A DNA stretch of 64,000 nucleotides, from the IMG/VR virus record IMGVR_UViG_3300025133_000094, positions 1,182 through 65,181 of that record. One strand, given 5' to 3'. A program made the position numbers and the translations under genes. The notes beneath the pieces were generated by a model. That model was not told where the DNA came from. It made no database searches and was given only the letters and a program-made list of their open reading frames with translations. This DNA comes from a virus. Its lineage: Duplodnaviria; Caudoviricetes. Shown one piece after another: positions 61,319-64,000 of this stretch. Each line of letters starts with the position of its first letter. Position 1 is the stretch's first letter.

Positions 61319-61576
61319 ATGCCAAATGATAAACTTACCCCTAATGACGTGGCGAAAGCCGAAGCAGTCCTTAACGGCAAGGGTTTCACTACCGTAAAGC
61401 GGTACACAGACCCTGACACCATGGATTTCGATGAGCTGTGCTTCACTCTTAACAACAAGAGTGCTATCGCAGCAGCAACGAAGGCTATGAAACGTAAAGG
61501 TTGGACCTCGCATCCGTATCTTACACACATTAAAGCGTGTGAGGCGAAGCTAAAGTCCTTACTGGCTAACGGTTAA
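61319..61576 (+). CDS. Hypothetical protein (85 aa)
   Basis: AAGGAG RBS; followed by a hairpin. Confidence 0.8.
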   Translation: MPNDKLTPNDVAKAEAVLNGKGFTTVKRYTDPDTMDFDELCFTLNNKSAIAAATKAMKRKGWTSHPYLTHIKACEAKLKSLLANG

Positions 61577-61590
61577 AGCCCGCATTCAAC

Positions 61591-61629
61591 GGTCCCCCAG
61601 GCGGGGGGCCCTTATATGCTTGCTTTTTT
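61591..61629 (+). terminator. Possible intrinsic terminator
   Basis: GGTCCCCC-AGGC-GGGGGGCC followed by an interrupted T-rich tract. Confidence 0.5.
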
Positions 61630-61631
61630 CT

Positions 61632-62295
61632 AAGTAACAGCAACACCCTAAGCTTACAGGGGTGTAGCTCTTGAGCTATGCAAACTTCAGCAGCTCTCAG
61701 CTGATATCAAAGAGAGACAACCCACACTGGGACCCATCAACTGTGGTCGGGTGTGTACCCTGTTCAACAAAGGCGTTCGACAGGGCATGTTGTCATGGAC
61801 ATCCCATGTAACCCCGCTTTACTTATGTAATGACATGGCGAGGTGTCCGTGACAACATGAAAAACCAAGGTCGCTCCTTGGTCGGTGAGTTGGCACCTGA
61901 ATACCATCATGGTAATGCATTACTATGATGGGGCTAGAGGGCTTCACTCGTTCTAATAGAGTGACATCGATATCTAATAAACTAATGCACGACGGTGCAG
62001 TTCGTGGCTGAACAATCTCTTCAGTAAGGAGATAAGGCACACAGTAGACCATGGTGGTCTGACCAATGTACACAATGTATGAGGTCATCCTCGTGACTGA
62101 GGATAAGGTGGTAGGTGGTTGTAACAAATAATATTGCTCCTCTGCCCTGTAGGTAATAAAAGAATCCTACCGAACACAAACAACAACCTTGTGAGACATG
62201 CACGGAGGTGTGTAGTCCTAGGCTACCTAAACTAGATGCCCTCACATTGTAGTATAACCTCTCGTCTCGTCCACGATACGGACACAATATACTTA
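61632..62295 (+). ncRNA. Candidate large structured non-coding RNA, class not recognised
   Basis: About 660 nt with no credible ORF and at least 10 hairpins, several with G-U pairs that favour the + strand. Confidence 0.6.
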
Positions 62296-62307
62296 AGGAG
62301 GTATCAT

Positions 62308-62499
62308 ATGACGATACACACTACAGATTTCCCCAAAGAGGGAGACAAACCAGTACTTCAGTTCGTTACAGGCTTTACCTGTGACCACTGTGGTAGTACA
62401 GACGTAAAGGAAACAGGGCTACGTAAGAGTAGCTTTGGTCAGTGGTTAGTAACCAAGTGTGGTAACTGTGATGTTACTGTACTGTATAAGACAGAATAA
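62308..62499 (+). CDS. Zinc-ribbon protein
   Basis: TAAGGAGG then ATG 62308; CDHC...CGNC. Confidence 0.8.
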   Translation: MTIHTTDFPKEGDKPVLQFVTGFTCDHCGSTDVKETGLRKSSFGQWLVTKCGNCDVTVLYKTE

Positions 62500-62510
62500 G
62501 GAGATCATAT

Positions 62511-62774
62511 ATGTGTAGAAAAAATGTAATCCCTAACGGTATGAGATATGATTACCGAGAGGATCCTAATCTAAATGAGTTACAACTAGCTCATATCAGG
62601 GGAGAGATAAACCTATATGATTCTATTCCAGCTACTAAGCAGGACTGGTATCATGATAAGAAAGGTAACAACCACTATCCTATAGAGGGTACTAAGGTTG
62701 ATGCTAATCTGCCACCTATATATCTTCAATGGAAAGATGATTATAGAAAGCGGATAACTAATGCCAAAAGATAA
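62511..62774 (+). CDS. Hypothetical early protein
   Basis: TAAGGAG RBS, 87 aa. Confidence 0.75.
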   Translation: MCRKNVIPNGMRYDYREDPNLNELQLAHIRGEINLYDSIPATKQDWYHDKKGNNHYPIEGTKVDANLPPIYLQWKDDYRKRITNAKR

Positions 62775-62937
62775 GACACTGTCAAATCTGTTGGCATCTT
62801 ACTATAAACAAGCACAAGAACAAGGCTTGAATACTCGTGAGATAAATAACAACCTAAGTAATGTCAGCAACGTAGCTGATGTACGAAGGTTACTACGTAA
62901 ACTTGGAGATTCGTATGAACGAACAAGAAAGAAATGA
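62761..62937 (+). CDS. Hypothetical protein (58 aa, MPKDKTLSNLL...)
   Basis: Fills the gap and overlaps both neighbours; below the ORF-track cutoff. Confidence 0.6.
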   Translation: MPKDKTLSNLLASYYKQAQEQGLNTREINNNLSNVSNVADVRRLLRKLGDSYERTRKK

Positions 62938-63352
62938 AATGCTTGAATTATTACATGCATTAAAGAATAGCATGGATGATTTAAAGAACGATGATGACGC
63001 TACCTTAGATGGTGCTGTCTCCATTAATATAGATGGAGAGCTTTGCATTGAGGGTCATGATGGTTTCGGAAATTGTGGCGCTTTGCGTATCACTGTTGCT
63101 GATGATGATAGTTATAGTGTAACTTTAGAAGGTGGCTTCAGAAAAGGCAAACGTTTTGAGACTAATATATTCCTTGGAAATATTAAGGATGTTGTAGAGG
63201 CTGCTGTGGTTCTATCGCAAGCGGGGTGGGATTACTGTGGTATAGATAAAGAACTTATCAAGGGTGCTATCCGACAAGGTTGGCGTGACCCTATCGAAAT
63301 TCGTGCTTTTATTACAGACCAAATGATTGCACACTCGGCAGAAATGGAGTAA
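62915..63352 (+). CDS. Hypothetical acidic protein
   Basis: GGAG then ATG 62915. Confidence 0.75.
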   Translation: MNEQERNEMLELLHALKNSMDDLKNDDDATLDGAVSINIDGELCIEGHDGFGNCGALRITVADDDSYSVTLEGGFRKGKRFETNIFLGNIKDVVEAAVVLSQAGWDYCGIDKELIKGAIRQGWRDPIEIRAFITDQMIAHSAEME

Positions 63353-63355
63353 CTA

Positions 63356-63697
63356 ATGGGACTAGATCAATACGCATACAGTCGTGAGGCTGTAGGAACA
63401 GCGGACTATCAATGGCGAAAGCACCCTAACCTACAAGGTTGGATGGAGAGACTATGGCGACAAAAGTTCGACCTCCGTCCAGACGAGGGTGACTTCTGTT
63501 GCGAACTAGAGTTATTCAAATCGGACATTATTAAGCTGATGGCTGACATCCAAGCTGGCAACCTGCCTGCGACCGAAGGATTCTTCTTTGGTGATGATGC
63601 TGATGAATACTATCGTAAACAGGACATGGAGTTCTGTGACTGGGCACTAAACGAAATCGAAAATGGACGAGAGGTATACTATGACTCAAGCTGGTAA
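63356..63697 (+). CDS. Conserved phage hypothetical protein (MGLDQY...WRKH...GFFFG...YYDSSW type)
   Basis: Motif pattern recalled from many phage early regions; function unknown. Confidence 0.8.
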   Translation: MGLDQYAYSREAVGTADYQWRKHPNLQGWMERLWRQKFDLRPDEGDFCCELELFKSDIIKLMADIQAGNLPATEGFFFGDDADEYYRKQDMEFCDWALNEIENGREVYYDSSW

Positions 63698-63890
63698 ACT
63701 AACTGACCCTAACTTTGCAGTAGACTCACATGGTGGGTACTGTACGGTTAGGATAGCAGACTCACTCAGTGTGGTGGTCATTAACAACATCTCGTCAATC
63801 GAGGTGGAGATATACCGTAACACTGAGGACGATGCACCCATAGAAACAATGCAATTTCCTAAAGGAGATTACAATGATACAATTAAATAA
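63681..63890 (+). CDS. Hypothetical protein
   Basis: GAGG then ATG 63681. Confidence 0.65.
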   Translation: MTQAGKLTDPNFAVDSHGGYCTVRIADSLSVVVINNISSIEVEIYRNTEDDAPIETMQFPKGDYNDTIK

Positions 63891-64000
63891 AGATGAGTGT
63901 GAAAACCTACTCGATGCCCTTCAAGAATGGGCTGATGTCGTTGGTTGTAAAGACTGTGAAATCTATAGAGATGACGAGATGTATGACCCTGATAACGAGG
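63874..64000 (+). CDS. Hypothetical protein, truncated by the window end
   Basis: AAGGAG then ATG 63874, MIQLNKDECENLLDALQEW..., open to the end. Confidence 0.65.
   Translation, partial: MIQLNKDECENLLDALQEWADVVGCKDCEIYRDDEMYDPDNE

Noticed and set aside
61755-61785. tRNA gene suggested by GTTCAA and GTTCGA
   Set aside because: No cloverleaf with acceptor, D and anticodon arms could be built
61995-62024. Minus-strand CTGAAGA...CGAAC as an antisense hammerhead
   Set aside because: GAAC instead of GAAA and no convincing stems. I found no antisense ribozyme by eye, so symmetric rolling-circle replication is unsupported.
62097-62175. CTGAGGA as a third hammerhead core
   Set aside because: No stem II closed before a GAAA; the word lies within the ATCCTC/GAGGAT hairpin
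61819-62287. Minus-strand ORFs across the structured region
   Set aside because: Opposite to all other genes, no clear RBS, atypical composition; hairpin density is better explained as non-coding
1-64000. CRISPR array, integrase, reverse transcriptase or DGR, introns and inteins
   Set aside because: No spaced direct repeats, recombinase or YxDD-type RT recognised, and core enzymes are uninterrupted and of normal length. This was inspection by eye only.

Overview
This window is most of a lytic T7-supergroup (Autographiviridae-like) podophage genome, with all credible genes on the + strand. In order: a sigma70 promoter and a canonical T7-type RNA polymerase (710-3151); a replication and nucleotide module (phosphoesterase, SSB, RusA, primase-helicase, PolA, dNMP kinase, exonuclease, class II RNR); head, tail and terminase genes; very large internal-virion proteins (2481 and 5183 aa); then a hairpin-rich, apparently more GC-rich, probably early region (about 57470-64000). 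Main discoveries, all read by eye from motifs: (1) a type II hammerhead ribozyme (57967-58033) and a pistol ribozyme (60945-61011) bracket a 3010-nt cassette. The cassette encodes a small basic protein, a second, short and highly divergent T7-family polymerase with His in place of the T7 Y639 residue, and an acidic-tailed protein. (2) The 5183-aa virion protein carries a third polymerase-like domain (RxxxKxxxMxxxYG), a DEDDy exonuclease and two zincin motifs. (3) About 1 kb of highly structured non-coding sequence follows the cassette. No database searches or folding programs were run, so all assignments need confirmation.
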